A DNA stretch of 64,000 nucleotides from NCBI GenBank assembly GCA_013239625.1, contig MU053652.1, positions 2,668,001-2,732,000 of the forward strand, given 5' to 3'. The position numbers and the translations under genes were made by a program. Position 1 is the first letter of the stretch; every line of letters begins with the position of its first letter. Shown piece by piece: positions 23,663 through 35,686 of the stretch. The notes below the pieces were generated by a model. The model had not been told where the DNA came from, searched no databases, and saw only the letters and a program-made list of their open reading frames with translations. The DNA comes from Lama guanicoe (taxonomy: Eukaryota).

Positions 23663-23749
23663 GGTTTTTCTCTGTGCTAAATAACCCACACAGAGATCAA
23701 ACCCTTGATCTCAGCCTCATTAAGACAATGCAAACCAACTGAGCTATCT
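23663..23749 (-). mobile_element. MamSINE1-like tRNA-Ile-related SINE remnant
   Basis: Minus strand tagctcagttggtttgcattgtcttaatgaggctgagatcaagggtttgatctctgtgtgggttatttagcacagagaaaaacc. Confidence 0.65.
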
Positions 23750-24019
23750 AAAAATAATCTTGGTTGATTACATATTTATATGTGATTTGATGACTATTGT
23801 CACAAATGTACTTCACCAGAATGGCACCATGATGGAAGAGACAGTGATTTTTAACAGCTTGGCCACCTGTGAACTTTAACTAAGATGAAAAATAATTTGC
23901 TCCAAAAGCAAAATTTTTTAACTTTACCTGCTCCCAACAGACAGCAATGGCATTGGACGTGGTTGTTTTAGTCTTGGCCAACTAGTTTTCTATTACCAGC
24001 AGGTTAACTGCATTTAATT

Positions 24020-24640
24020 TGGGGTGTTTTGCAACATTACTAAGCCCAGTATGTCAGACAATTGCAAAAGCAATGAGAATATTGAATGTGCTATTAAGAA
24101 GAGGTTTATGATTATGATGAAAATAAAAATGAAAATGAAAGAGATTAGCAAAATGAATGTTAAGAATGGTAAGAAAAATCACCAGTGTTGCATGTGGGTA
24201 AAAGATGGATCATTAGTCAATAGGGGTGATTCTGAAAGACAAAGAGATTCAAAACGTGATAACTGCTGGCTGGGTCTATGCAATGAACATCAATCAGCAA
24301 AAAATGAAGAAAAGTAATCAAAGAAATGGAAACAATTCAGAGTGTGTGATTAGAGACCTGGAATCAGTTTTGAATGCCTATAATCCAAATATTAATTCAG
24401 ATAAGGGCTAAAAATATATTCAAGTATTTAACAGCCAGGTGTAGTAAAAGTTCTCATCCTGGAACCTTTACTAAAAAGCAGTGATACTTCCATAAATTCA
24501 AGATCTGTTAGATCAATGCAACATTAAATTCCCTGTGGAAACTGCTAAGAAGTTATTTATGTCACTTAGCAAAGCCCACCAAAGGCTGCCTTGACCACCT
24601 CTCAGTTTATATGGACTGGTCTATTTTGGATAAGGACGCT
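24020..24640 (+). mobile_element. Possible Tigger/pogo DNA transposon remnant
   Basis: Peptide KKRFMIMMKIKMKMKEISKMNVKNGKK resembles the Tigger N-terminal HTH (KKRKxITxExKxxII...ENG); downstream sequence is degenerate. Confidence 0.4.
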
Positions 24641-24789
24641 CAGTAGAATGGATATTAGCAAGGAAATAAGAATGCTTCCCAGCTGTAAAGCTTTGAAGGA
24701 CCATCAAACTCCTTTTTGATAGAAATGTATCTTTCTAAGCTTAAATCACTAGTAGCAGTTTTGTCTTATAGTCTCTTGGAATTTACCTT

Positions 24790-25420
24790 TTTTGTAAGGA
24801 ATCTAAATGTGAATATCCATTCCTCTGTACATGTTTTGGATCTTGCTTTTTTATTTAACATTGGATAGTGGGATTTTCCTTTAGTTTTTGGTTAATTCTT
24901 TAACGTTGTCTTTTAATGGCAGCTTGGTTATTCCATTTCCTTATTGTCATTTGATCCACCTTTTGCTGAACTCATAAGAATGCTATGATATTAATATCAT
25001 TTGGCATAAATTTTTATGTTTCTCTGATTATTTCATTAGGATAATTAGTAGAATAAAGTTACTGGGCTACAGTGTTTTGAGCATGTGTAATGTTCTAATA
25101 TATTTCTAAATTTTTCTTCAAATTTTGCCAACTGATGACCCTTTCAGAAAAATATCAGTGTTCCTGTTTCCATGTATCTTTGTCAGTACTAGGTATTATT
25201 TTTCTTTTACCTCTACTCATTTTGAGGAGAAAAAAATATTTTTAATGTTTATCTGTTACTGATATCTCTTTCTATGATTTTTAATGCATGCCCTTTGCCA
25301 ATTTTTCTATTGGAATACTTTCCTTTTAATTATTGATTTGTAATCATTCTTTATATATTAAGTATAGTTCTCTCCCACTAATTTTTTATTAGCTTTTTAA
25401 CTTTATTTATATCACCACCA
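24790..25420 (-). mobile_element. L1ME-like fragment
   Basis: ttctctgattatttcattaggataattagtagaataaagttactggg...ccctttgccaatttttctattgg...ctttatatattaag. Confidence 0.65.
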
Positions 25421-25989
25421 TTGTTTTTCATCTCTAAAGATAATATCAGTTATAGTTAATTCACAAGGCTGATGGAAAAACTAAATAAGAAAATATTTGT
25501 GAAAATGCTATAAAGCATAAAGGACTTTTATCACATACATCCCATGTTGATGCTATCCAGAAATCAAGAGGCTTGGCCTACAAGTCTAATATGAATTTGT
25601 AGACAAAGTCCTATTCTTGGCTCTGACAGTTCCTACAAAACAAGAAATTATTTTCTATCTTTTGTACCATAGTTATTAGGAATGTTATATAGTAAAACAA
25701 AGATGGCAGATATAAAAGCACTCTGAGACTTTTAGATGAATCCATATAAAACCAAGCTGTTGCACTATTATTCACTTACTTTTTTTTTGGAAAAAGACAG
25801 GTAATCGAGTACAAGCCCGTTATAACAGGAAAGACACCATATTCATCACTGTTGTTACCTTGGGTTCATAAGTTATGCCCTGCTCACCTTCCCAAATAGG
25901 ACTTTTCTCAAATTTTTCTTTATTTGAAAACAAAAAGAAGTTCATTGGAGAAAAACTTTTCTCTAATAGAAAGTTTTTTCTATAGGTTT

Positions 25990-26240
25990 TTAATTAATTA
26001 ATTAAACAATATTGAAATGCACATGAGGAGAAGTCTCCCTCCCAGTGATGTCTCCGTCCTTCCTCTGCTCCCACCCTGGCCCTTATGGTTTCCTGTGTAT
26101 CCTTCCAGTGTTTCTGCATACATATGCAAGCAAATGCAAATAAACACTGTCATTACAATTCCTCTTTTCAGTCACAAAAATAGCATAGTATATACATTAT
26201 TTTCCACCTTGCTTTTTTAACCTAACAATATATTTTGAAT
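25990..26240 (-). mobile_element. L1ME4-like 3' fragment
   Basis: cctgtgtatccttccagtg...cacaaaaatagcatagtatatacattatttccaccttgcttttttaacctaacaatat. Confidence 0.6.
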
Positions 26241-26349
26241 GGGAGCCCTTCAATAAGAAGACATTTAATGTGAACAAGAGACATGTATTGGCATTAAACA
26301 AGAAAGTTTTAAAATTCCTGACTTGATTCTATCACCATAATAGAAGCTC

Positions 26350-26660
26350 AGAATTGGACAGTGTGGTAAAAGTTTTGCTAGTCAGTCATCAAACCCATTT
26401 CCTCTTTTTCCTGGGCATAGGACTGCATTTTAAACCCCGCTTGCAGACAGGTGTGGCCATGTGATTGAATTCTACTGGATAGAAAGCATGTGAGCAGAGC
26501 TGACGTGTACATGTACCACTTCTAGGTCCAGGCCTTAAAAACCTCCTCCCTACCCCAATGGTCAGTTTAATACAGTTCAACCAGCCTGAATTATTGGAGA
26601 ATACTTACATGGGGCTAAAGCTTATCACCCTTTAACTTGTGCCAATTTGTGACTGTCGTT
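26350..26660 (+). mobile_element. MLT1 LTR fragment
   Basis: ttcctgggcataggactgcatttt...tgtggccatgtgattgaattctactggatagaa...accacttctaggtccaggcctt. Confidence 0.7.
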
Positions 26661-26679
26661 CACAGTCACACAAAATAAG

Positions 26680-27050
26680 TCTGAACCCTCTTCAAGATAG
26701 CCTTTCAGTTATTTGACGATACCTTTTTCCCATGCCCTCCATGACAAACCCTCTGGTCTCTAAGCTAAACAGTCTAATGTTTTAAATTGGTCTTCTTAGG
26801 TTATAGTTACTAAAGCTCTTATCACCATTTTTACCTCCTCTGGGCACATTTGGGTCTATCATTGTTCCCCATTCAATGGGTACTCAAGACAGAATGCCAA
26901 ATTGTTGGCAACACTGACCAGCCCATGAGGGTACCAGTTGCCTCTCTTAGTCAGGGCTCCCTACTTCAATTAATGCAGCTGAATATATTATCACAGCCTC
27001 TGAGGTGGCTATACCACCTATTGACTCATTTTGAGCTTGTGGTCAAGCGT
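26680..27050 (-). mobile_element. L3/CR1 LINE fragment
   Basis: ctctaagctaaacagtc...cctcctctgggcaca...ttaatgcagctgaat...ttgactcattttgagcttgtggtcaa, matching the antisense CR1/L3 RT 3' region. Confidence 0.7.
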
Positions 27051-27084
27051 CCTACCCCTTTTCTCGCCTCTTCCTGGTCCCCAA

Positions 27085-27210
27085 CGTACACGTTAATTTG
27101 CTAGATGACCTTAAACAAATCACTTCTCTGGGACTCATTTTTCATGTGAAAAATGAGGGGGTTGTACCGGATGATTTCTGAGCTGTTTTTCCTTCCCGTT
27201 CTAATATTCT
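27085..27210 (+). mobile_element. MIR3-like SINE
   Basis: gctagatgaccttaaacaaatcacttctctgggactcatttttcatgtgaaaaatgagggggttgtaccggatgatttctga. Confidence 0.75.
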
Positions 27211-28482
27211 TAGAGTTTAAAACAGGAAGTTCTGGGAGAGCTCACGTTGTACTTTTACGTAGATTCTTTCACCCATAACCAGTATGAGAGTGTAAATCTG
27301 CCTGGAAACATTAAGCCTGTCAAACAACTTGAAGCTCCACAGGTAATTTTTCTCAGCTGTAATAAGCTTATTTTTACACATATGTGGATGTTGTGTGGTA
27401 GATTGTATATATACACTAAGGTGATGGTCTGTGCTGATCTGTAGAGGTCAAGGAGAGAGAAAATAAGGCAGAGGCAGAAATGAAACAATGAGAGCATGAG
27501 GGGAATCAGGGTGTGATTTTCTCTGAAGGAACCCTCCATCACTATTTTAACCCAAGGGAGAGAGACCATGAAAAAGGAATATATATTTCACTCAGCAGAA
27601 AGCCTTGTTTGATGGCTTGTCAATTTCCTCATCTCACTTCACATACTGTCTAAATGTATATCTCCATACCCCTTGCCCTTGGCCACCTTCCTATAAAGCA
27701 GACATCTTAACATGATTTTAGCTGACTAATTTCTCCTGGTATTTCTGCCTGTTAGTCCTCGATCCATGCCTAAGGGGCTGGATCCTCTTCCCATCCTAGA
27801 CCAAGATTCTACGCATTATTATTTGACCTCTTTTGAAAAACTCATTGCCAGCTTTATAACCCGATCTGGGCACACTCCCCATTGGGGCCCGCATTTCCTG
27901 TGGATGATGCATTGGTTTCCTAGGTGACGGCGGGAAGGAATAGACCTGTTAGCTTGCAGCTTCTGACTCACTCACTGCAATGGACGTCACAGGATCGTGG
28001 CTGAACAAGTGGATGCTGATAAAAGCATGTGCTTAAGCAGGGCACTGATGGTTAAAACAATCCTGTTGTACCAGCTCTCCCTCCCACCAAGCAAGCCGAT
28101 AGACTGACATAAATACCAGATGTGAAAAAAACGAGCAACAGATTTGAAACCTCTATGAACTATAGAAAGGCACAGTGGAGTCCTATTTACAACCCCAGTA
28201 TTTTGTTCTTTTCCCTGTTTAAAATTTCTGGAATGTGGAAGTACTAGGATTCTGTAATGAAATGTCAGATGGAGGCTGAAGAAGAGTGGGTGGAGACAAG
28301 CCAAAAACTCGCCAAAAGACTGTTTACCAAGGTGACATCTCTTTTTAATCTTTTACATTTGTTCCCTGAGAAGAGTAAGTGAACTTACAATGGACTAACA
28401 AATTATCTGAGTCCACAAGGAAAAATGCATTCTGTTGGGCAAACTTCATGAAGCCTAGAAGCAAGGAGAGTGTCACATGCAC

Positions 28483-28484
<2 letters not shown>

Positions 28485-28521
<37 letters not shown>

Positions 28522-28538
28522 AAAGAGAGAGAGAGAGA
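28485..28538. repeat. (CA)n followed by (GA)n microsatellite
   Basis: Read directly from the sequence. Confidence 0.95.
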
Positions 28539-29318
28539 TTAGCTTTACCTCTTCTGCTATTAACTAATCCCAGTAACGTACAAGTCAAAGACTGCCTGGA
28601 ATAAAAAACATGAAGAGCTCCTCTGTCCTTCACATCTGAACTACAGGAGACTGAATGGATTCTTTCGATTCTTGAATTCTTTAAATGACCAACAAACCTA
28701 AAGGTTCCCTACTGGAGATAATGCATCTTGTTTTCCACAGAGCCTTGAGGGATGCTTTAAATAGCATCAGCAAGCATCCGAATGAATTAGACAGCAAATG
28801 TAGGTTAGCTTTATTTAGACAGATAAAGACACGCAGAGAAAGTTGTCTGGTTCAAGGGCAGTGCAGCCTGACACAACAGCATTTCTCAGAGGAGGGGAAA
28901 TTGCTTTGGGTGGGAGAGGTATTTCGGGCAAAGAGTAAAGTTCCTTGGATCACCATGGGAATTGATGCTAAATTCTTCAGTACAGAGGAGCAGGAATTAG
29001 GAATGGCCTGCCACTCGGTGAAGGAAAGATCTATAGATTTAAAACGTAAAACAGAACTTGGCATCTTCTTTTCTCTTTACCATTTCTTGGGCACACCATC
29101 AGGAAGGACATGCTTCCCAAAATGCAAGCTGAGGTAGGGAGTTTATGAGACTCCTCTGAGTGGGACTTGAAACCCTCAGCAAGTTCTGAATCAGGAAATA
29201 CATCCAGATGGAGGTCCCCTGGAGCTGTGGAAGTCCAGAAAGCAGGGAAACTGGCAAATTTGGAGGCATTCATTCACTAAACAAAAATGTCAATGCTTGG
29301 GGGAAAGTTGCAGCCAGT

Positions 29319-29432
29319 AGCCATTATCTTGTAATAACTTTTAAAGAAAATAATCTGTAAAAATACTAAATCACAGTGCAGTACACTTGAAACTAATGTA
29401 ATATTGTAAGTCAACTATATTTAATTTTTAAA
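29319..29432 (+). mobile_element. Very short L1 3' tail insertion
   Basis: aatcacagtgcagtacacttgaaactaatgtaatattgtaagtcaactata plus A tail; TSD aaagttgcag(c/t)cagt at 29304-29318 and 29433-29447. Confidence 0.85.
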
Positions 29433-30329
29433 AAAGTTGCAGTCAGTGAGTTTTTTTTTATTTTACTCTCCCCCTACCTGCAACTCTTAGATTATTTTCT
29501 GAAAATAATTTCCTTAAGGAAGGCAGTTGGTCTAGAAAAAATATACAACTTTCTGTGATGTTTATGGTTTCTTCTCTTTCTAGCTTTTTGCTGGTTTCTT
29601 CTCAATTGAAAAACCGAAATGATATTTGATGTCAGCTTAGTAACCCCATCAGTAATTCATTTGCAAAAGAAAAAACTATTTAATTAGAAAATTATATTAT
29701 TTGAATACATTATATTTAAAATATGCAATGATTTTGTGAGTAAACCAATTCATACCTAATACGTTGTTATGTATTTATGTTCCTAAAGTAACACTGAATT
29801 TAGATTTGTTAAAAAAAAATTCAGAAGATCTAAAAATTTAGATTTGCATTGATTTCCATTTCCCCCAAATCTAATTTTTTAAATGTTTTCTTTTTTAAGG
29901 ATCTCATAACTTCCCAAAATTATATACCTCTGTATATCCCCAAGGCAGGTATCATAGGGGAAGTATGTTATAAACCTGTCATGAAGCAAAATTTTAACTT
30001 CATTTTGAATTCAGTGTTTATGCCCATTTCTTCATACTTACCATTCATTGACTCTTCTCGTTTCTTCCTTCCTTCAGCAATTATTACTGGGTACCTACTA
30101 TGTGCAAACAGAGTGAGCATCAGACCTACTTGGTTCGCTTCTTCATTACCTGGTGCTTTCTCTCCCTTGTCAATTCCTCTCAACTCTTTCCACCCCAAGC
30201 CCATTCATGAATTACCTGGTAAATTAGCATATGGACTAATAGTTCATCCAATTAGGAAGTACTGTTTTGCATTGTAACCAACACACACAAAACTTCCTTA
30301 ATTCACTGCCCCAAACCCCATATGCTTTT

Positions 30330-30509
30330 TTTTTTTGAAATATAGTTGAAGTTCAATATTATATAGTTTCAGGTGTGCAATATAATGATTCACAAGTATT
30401 AAAGATTATATTCCATTTATAGTTATTATAAAATGTTGGCTATATTCCTTGTATTATACAATATATCCTGGTAGCTTATTTATTTTATGCAAAGTAGTTT
30501 ATACCTTCT
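30330..30509 (-). mobile_element. Short L1 3' end insertion
   Basis: tagtttcaggtgtgcaatataatgattcac...ttggctatattccttgtattatacaatatatcc; TSD ccatatgctttt at 30318-30329 and 30510-30521. Confidence 0.88.
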
Positions 30510-31829
30510 CCATATGCTTTTAACTATTTGTGAGATCCGCAAATCAGTTAATCACTTGAAGCCATTATACTTCTAAGAATGTGATGGAGAGCCAATTCCT
30601 ATATTTATAGATTCAAAAGACTCATACGAGAACCGATGCCAAGCTTATTTCAGTGTTACATTAACTTTTTATAAAACCCCCTCACCTAAAGTCAATCCTA
30701 TACATTTTTTCATTTGTGTAGTTACAAGAACCTAATCAAAAGGAAAACTACTCTTTTTCTTCCTTTTGGTAAAGAGACTAATATTTCCACATGAATGGAA
30801 ATGTGAAAACTTAATAACATACCTGGGATCTATATTTTTTGCTCTGACATCTTCAATCACTTCACTATCATTGGAGTATCTTTATCAAAATTTCTTGATT
30901 TGCACTAATAAGGAGACTTTTTAACTGTTCTTCAGTAAGTCAATTTCAGAACTTGTTTTTAGTATTTTTTAAGTGCCAGAGGTAAGAAACAACTTGTGCG
31001 TGGAGGTAGAAGGCAAAGTTATAATCAGTCACCGATCCAAATAAGATATGATGAATATAACTTTAAAAAATTACAGCAATTTTTTGTTTGTGTTTTTCTG
31101 TGTTCTCCATGTTTGCTGCAGTAAATATTATTTCAGTGATTTTAATGGTGCTGTAAAGAAGAAAATATTGTAATAGTGTTTAACCAAGTAAAATAAGAAT
31201 CCCATATCTTATTTTATTTTGTGACATTTGTGGCTCTTCAGCATGACATTGGCATTCTTCCTCTTCTGATGTAACTTTCTTCTCTGTTTCATTCTGTTTT
31301 GGTCGAGGTTATTTCAACCTCTCCCTTCTCTGAGCAGTCTTGGCTTGTCTCTGAGATCCCAAGCTGTCACTTTGTTTCCTGAATATTCACTTCTGTTTTC
31401 TGCAGCAACACCTGCAGATAAATATCTAGCCGGCCATCCAAATGGACATACTCCCACACACTCTCAAACTCGTACGTCCACAAACACAGGTATGCACACG
31501 CATGCTCAACTCCTCCACCCTCCCCAGGCAGCTCAAACCACTCCAGCTGTTTCCTGACCTTGGCCACAAAAGCAGCAGCAGAGCTTCTAATGTCAGTTCT
31601 CTGACGGGAACCAGCACTAATAATGCTGCTGCTGCCAAGTAAGAATTTAAGTTGCCTAGACTGAGGAGAAGACGGCTGTACAGAGTAAAGGTGGTAGAGC
31701 CAGAGGCTTTGGGCTGCGTATAGTGATCAGAGTGGGAGCAACAAGAGTCGGGGTTCCTTTACCTGGAGTGCCGTGCCCTCACTGTCTGTTGACAGCCATG
31801 TACTGATATTTTAAGTCTAGGTTCAAGTA

Positions 31830-32035
31830 TCTTTCTGAATCTTTTCTTAACAGGCTGACTGTCCCCTCCTCTGTGCCCATACCTCCACTGTTCCTTATTT
31901 AGTCAGATGCTTATCTTTCCCCTGCAAACCCATTATATGGAAACTTTTAAAGGCATAACCTTGGCTGATTCATCTTTTATCTTAGCACCTAGCACATAGC
32001 AGGCATTCAGTACATGTTGGATGGAAGAATGGAAT
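31830..32035 (+). mobile_element. L2 3' end
   Basis: cttagcacctagcacatagcaggcattcagtacatgttggatggaagaatgg. Confidence 0.7.
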
Positions 32036-32429
32036 CCACCGCTTCCCACCCATGAGTGAAAGTGGGAAGTGACTTTTGGTGGAAGGGGAAGGAGAAAGGT
32101 GTCCTAATGGTATCTCTTCTCCTCTTTAAAGTTAACATTGGAAGTGAAGAGGCCAGTGTGATGGTGTGAGGACGACCCTCCACGTGTGAAAATAATTTAG
32201 CAACAAGCAGAGCAGTTGCCTCGTCTTCACCCCTATCCCTGGAATTTCTTCAGGTAACCTTTGAAAAACCTGCAAGTGTGAATGAGAAGCAACTGTTCTA
32301 TCAAGGAAGGTTGTATCAGCAATGGAAAGATGTGGCGCATATATGTTAAACTGATTAGTACGATTCATTCTCCAGAGTGAAATGTTCCGATGTTTAAAAT
32401 GTTTTAACATCAAGGGAGGGTAAGGATGA

Positions 32430-32620
32430 GACAGAACTGTGTTGGGTTCTTTACGTGCATGACCTCTTTTTAATTCTCACAAAGAGATCTTATCTTCATT
32501 TTGTAAGTGAAGAAAGTGAGGCTTGGAACAGATTAAAAATTGGGACGCCATCTTCGTACTAATACTCAGCAGAGCCTAAATTAGAGCCCAAGTTTGTCAG
32601 ACTCCAAAATCCTTTCTTCA
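32430..32620 (-). mobile_element. MIR SINE
   Basis: ttaattctcacaaagagatcttatcttcattttgtaagtgaagaaagtgaggcttgg...agactccaaaatcc. Confidence 0.7.
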
Positions 32621-32679
32621 CTACTGTTGGTTCCTCTCAAGAGCTATTTTTAAAATATTGATATTAAGTTTTCAAAGAG

Positions 32680-33135
32680 TGTATTAAGCACTGACAATGG
32701 GCCACACGAGGCAGGGCTGCACGGGGGTAGGTGCTAAACCATCCACCATTCAAGGAGCTGAGTAGCTAGTGCAGGAAGCTGACACATAAATAGGGAGGAG
32801 GAAATAAGGGCTACGGGAAATAAGGGCTGTCTGAGAACTGGGGCTTGGTCCTGGCTGTGCATGGAGGGCAAGGAATGTTCCACAGAACACAGGAAAATGG
32901 CATTTTTAGAAGACTTCTAGGAGCCTGAGGAGGGCTCAGCAGGAGTTGGGACCCTGCAGAATAAGGAAGAGAACATATTACAGAATCAGGGTGGAAAGTT
33001 CAGCGAGGTCAGTGTATGGTTGGAATAGTGGAGGGGAAAGGTGGGTTGGAGCCAGACTATGGAAGGCTTTGAACAGGAGTCTGAACTTGGAATGAGGAAT
33101 TATTGAAGGTTTTTGAGTAGGGGAAACATCTGAAA
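32680..33135 (-). mobile_element. L2 fragment
   Basis: cattcaaggagctgagtagctagtgcaggaagctgacacataaa...ggagccagactatggaaggcttt...attgaaggtttttgagtagggg. Confidence 0.7.
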
Positions 33136-33559
33136 GTATTGCTGAATCCATCCTGACACCTAATCACAAGTACACAAAGCAGAAAGATACAGAAAATCAA
33201 TGTTCTTAATCAAGACTCAAAAAAAAAAAAAAAGGCCCACTTACTTCTGAGGAAACAGCAAATGAAGGAATATGTGCCTGAATCGCCAGCTCAAACCCGA
33301 CCTGCTCTCTGATGTGCTGGCCAAGAATGATCCCATTCACTTGATTTATAAGACTTCCTCATCAACAAAAAGACCTGGAGCACCAAATACAATCCTTCTC
33401 TCCCCTCAAAGAAAAAATTCCCGCAGGGAAATGAAAATTCCCTTCACTTCCTTCCTTTCCTCCGAAGCCAGCCCCTGATGATTGCTTAACGGTTCTGTCA
33501 CCCCAATACACCAGACAAACAGACCAGAAATGGGAACTGGATCTTGATGGCTTAATTGA

Positions 33560-35330
33560 GTTAAAAGGAAAAGGGCAGATCATCTAAAAGCCTCTCAATG
33601 GTTTCAGAGTGGCTCCCACGTCTCTGAAAGCCCGGTGGCGGTTCTCAGTTTGCCGGAGAGGGAGGAGCTGAATGAATATCCTAGCACAGAATTCAAAAGC
33701 CCTGGAAGTCAGCACTTCTGAACGGCTGCAGAAAGGTCTTGTTTACATTTTTCTCTTGGGCTGAAACCCATCTATTTAAACTTTAACCAGAGGCAATTAT
33801 AAAACCATGGTGAGCCAGAGATGGCAGCCTGCACAAGACGGGGAGACAGATGCCAACAGTCTGGCATTGAAGGAGGAAAGAGGGAATATTTTGAGAAGGG
33901 GAAGAACTACAAAGAAGGTTTTGGAAACAAAAGGTGTCACCTAGGCAGCTGCTCTTCAGAAGACTAGGGAGAGAAGTAGTGGGAGAGGGTAAGAAAGAAG
34001 GCAGGAGAAGGGGGCGGGGAAGACAGAGCCTCTGCTGGTCTAGGTGGGTGGGGCTGGGGCTGTCACCAACCCACCTGTTCAAAAGTCCCACCCTGTAAAA
34101 GCCGACTGCTGTAGCCCCTGCTCTTTACACCTTTTTTCCCTCTTGGGTCAAAAGTGCATTAATCCAGGGAGTCAGCGGCTCTGAGAAGCCTGCCTGGAGC
34201 AGACACACCCAGCTGCCAGGACACAGGCTGCCTTCCCCGAAGGCCAAGCCTCCTCTTCAGTTCAGGCTTTCCTGGCAAAGGCCCACTTTGGAGCTGATGA
34301 GCAGTCCAGTGACATCAGAGGAAATACCCCACTTGACAAAGGACCCTGCACCAGTTGCCAAAAAACTGAACTCAGTAGCATGCCCTGATCTGGGTCCTAG
34401 GATTTGATGAGTCCTAAGAACAAACTCCAAGAGAAATAGCTGTTGCTCCAAAGTACACATATTCATTCTGGATTTGAGATGTCCGTGGACCTGACATTGA
34501 CATTAGGGCCAGTTTTATTTATTTATTTACCTTTTTAGGGCCAATTTTAGATTCATATACAAATGTGGGGAAATCAACAAGACACCAATGTGCCCCCCCC
34601 CGCTCCTCCCCCTCATCTCTCTGTGGAAAGGAGCCTGACGTTCTACCACTAGATATTCATTCCTATGAGTTTCTTCACTTTTTGGTTTTGAATGTCCTTA
34701 TTAAGATTCAAATGCAGTACGCAGAAGAGAGCCCTTGCCTCAGATGTAATCAGCTGATTTTTTAGCAGGAATTCACTTTCTATCAGTTCCAACCAGATTA
34801 GAACTAGGGCCCTGTGGGAGGAAGATCCAGGACCAGCAGAATCTTGCAGATAGGGAACGGGCAGAAGCCTTGGAAATTATGAGCGGGGAAGCCGGCGGGA
34901 GTCAGGGAAGTGGCCAGAGAGGACTGAGACCCGCCCCTCAGCTTAAGTCAGGGTTCATGTAAGCAGCTGAAAGCCAAGCTCAGCCTAACTTTTTGTGAAA
35001 CTTTCTTCTCTGCTAACCCAGCTCTTTCTTAGCAGGGAAAGCCATTTGGGGCACAGCCAGAGGGTGACAGGGAAAGTCAGAGGATTTGCAGATACTCGGG
35101 GCCACGGCCACGTCTCCCAGGGCAAAGAGGCCAAGGTCTTGGGCTTCTCTCCAGACCAGTTTGCTACTCTCACCGGAAGATCTGTCCTACAGCTCTGAAC
35201 GGCACTCCCAAATCCAGCCAATCATCTAAAAAATTCATGATGCTGTTCATAAGGGCCTGGGTGGAGAATGTGGGGATGGCTCCCTGCAAACTCACCCTGA
35301 TTAGGGACAGAACTCAGGATAATATTCTTG
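33560..35330. promoter_or_regulatory. Candidate promoter/enhancer block with no recognisable repeats, enriched in GC and CpG
   Basis: FOX site TGTTTAC at 33740, MEF2-like ctatttaaac at 33772, TATAAAA at 33798, GC box ggggcgggg near 34011, CRE-like tgacatca near 34310, more CpGs than the flanks. Confidence 0.4.
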
Positions 35331-35686
35331 CTTATGTGTGTGGGTGGGGGTGGGGGTGGAGGACACTTTATAAGAGGAATATAACATAGTGTGACGTTTT
35401 ATTTTTATTAAACATATGGTGAAATTTTATTTCTTAAGGTTTGTATGAGTAGAAATTACACCCTTATCCCTAGAGAGAGAGGTATGATTCTACTGTCTTC
35501 TGCAGGAAGTAGCCTGTGAACACACGACTGCTAGCAGATATCCCCAGAGCTGCACAGAAATTTCAAAGGGATACACACGTTTTCCAGCACCCACCAGAGG
35601 GTGTTATACCTCAAAGAAGATATTTTGTAAAATCACACATGAGATTTTCAAAGGAAATCGAGGGGGGACTGTACATAAACTAGACA

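Noticed and set aside
27263..27341. Candidate coding exon DSFTHNQYESVNLPGNIKPVKQLEAPQ
   Set aside because: Weak splice sites, no recognised homology and no partner exons
28685..29137. 150-aa ORF
   Set aside because: No recognisable domain, overlaps a degenerate MIR-like segment at about 28760-28870, and has no supporting exon structure
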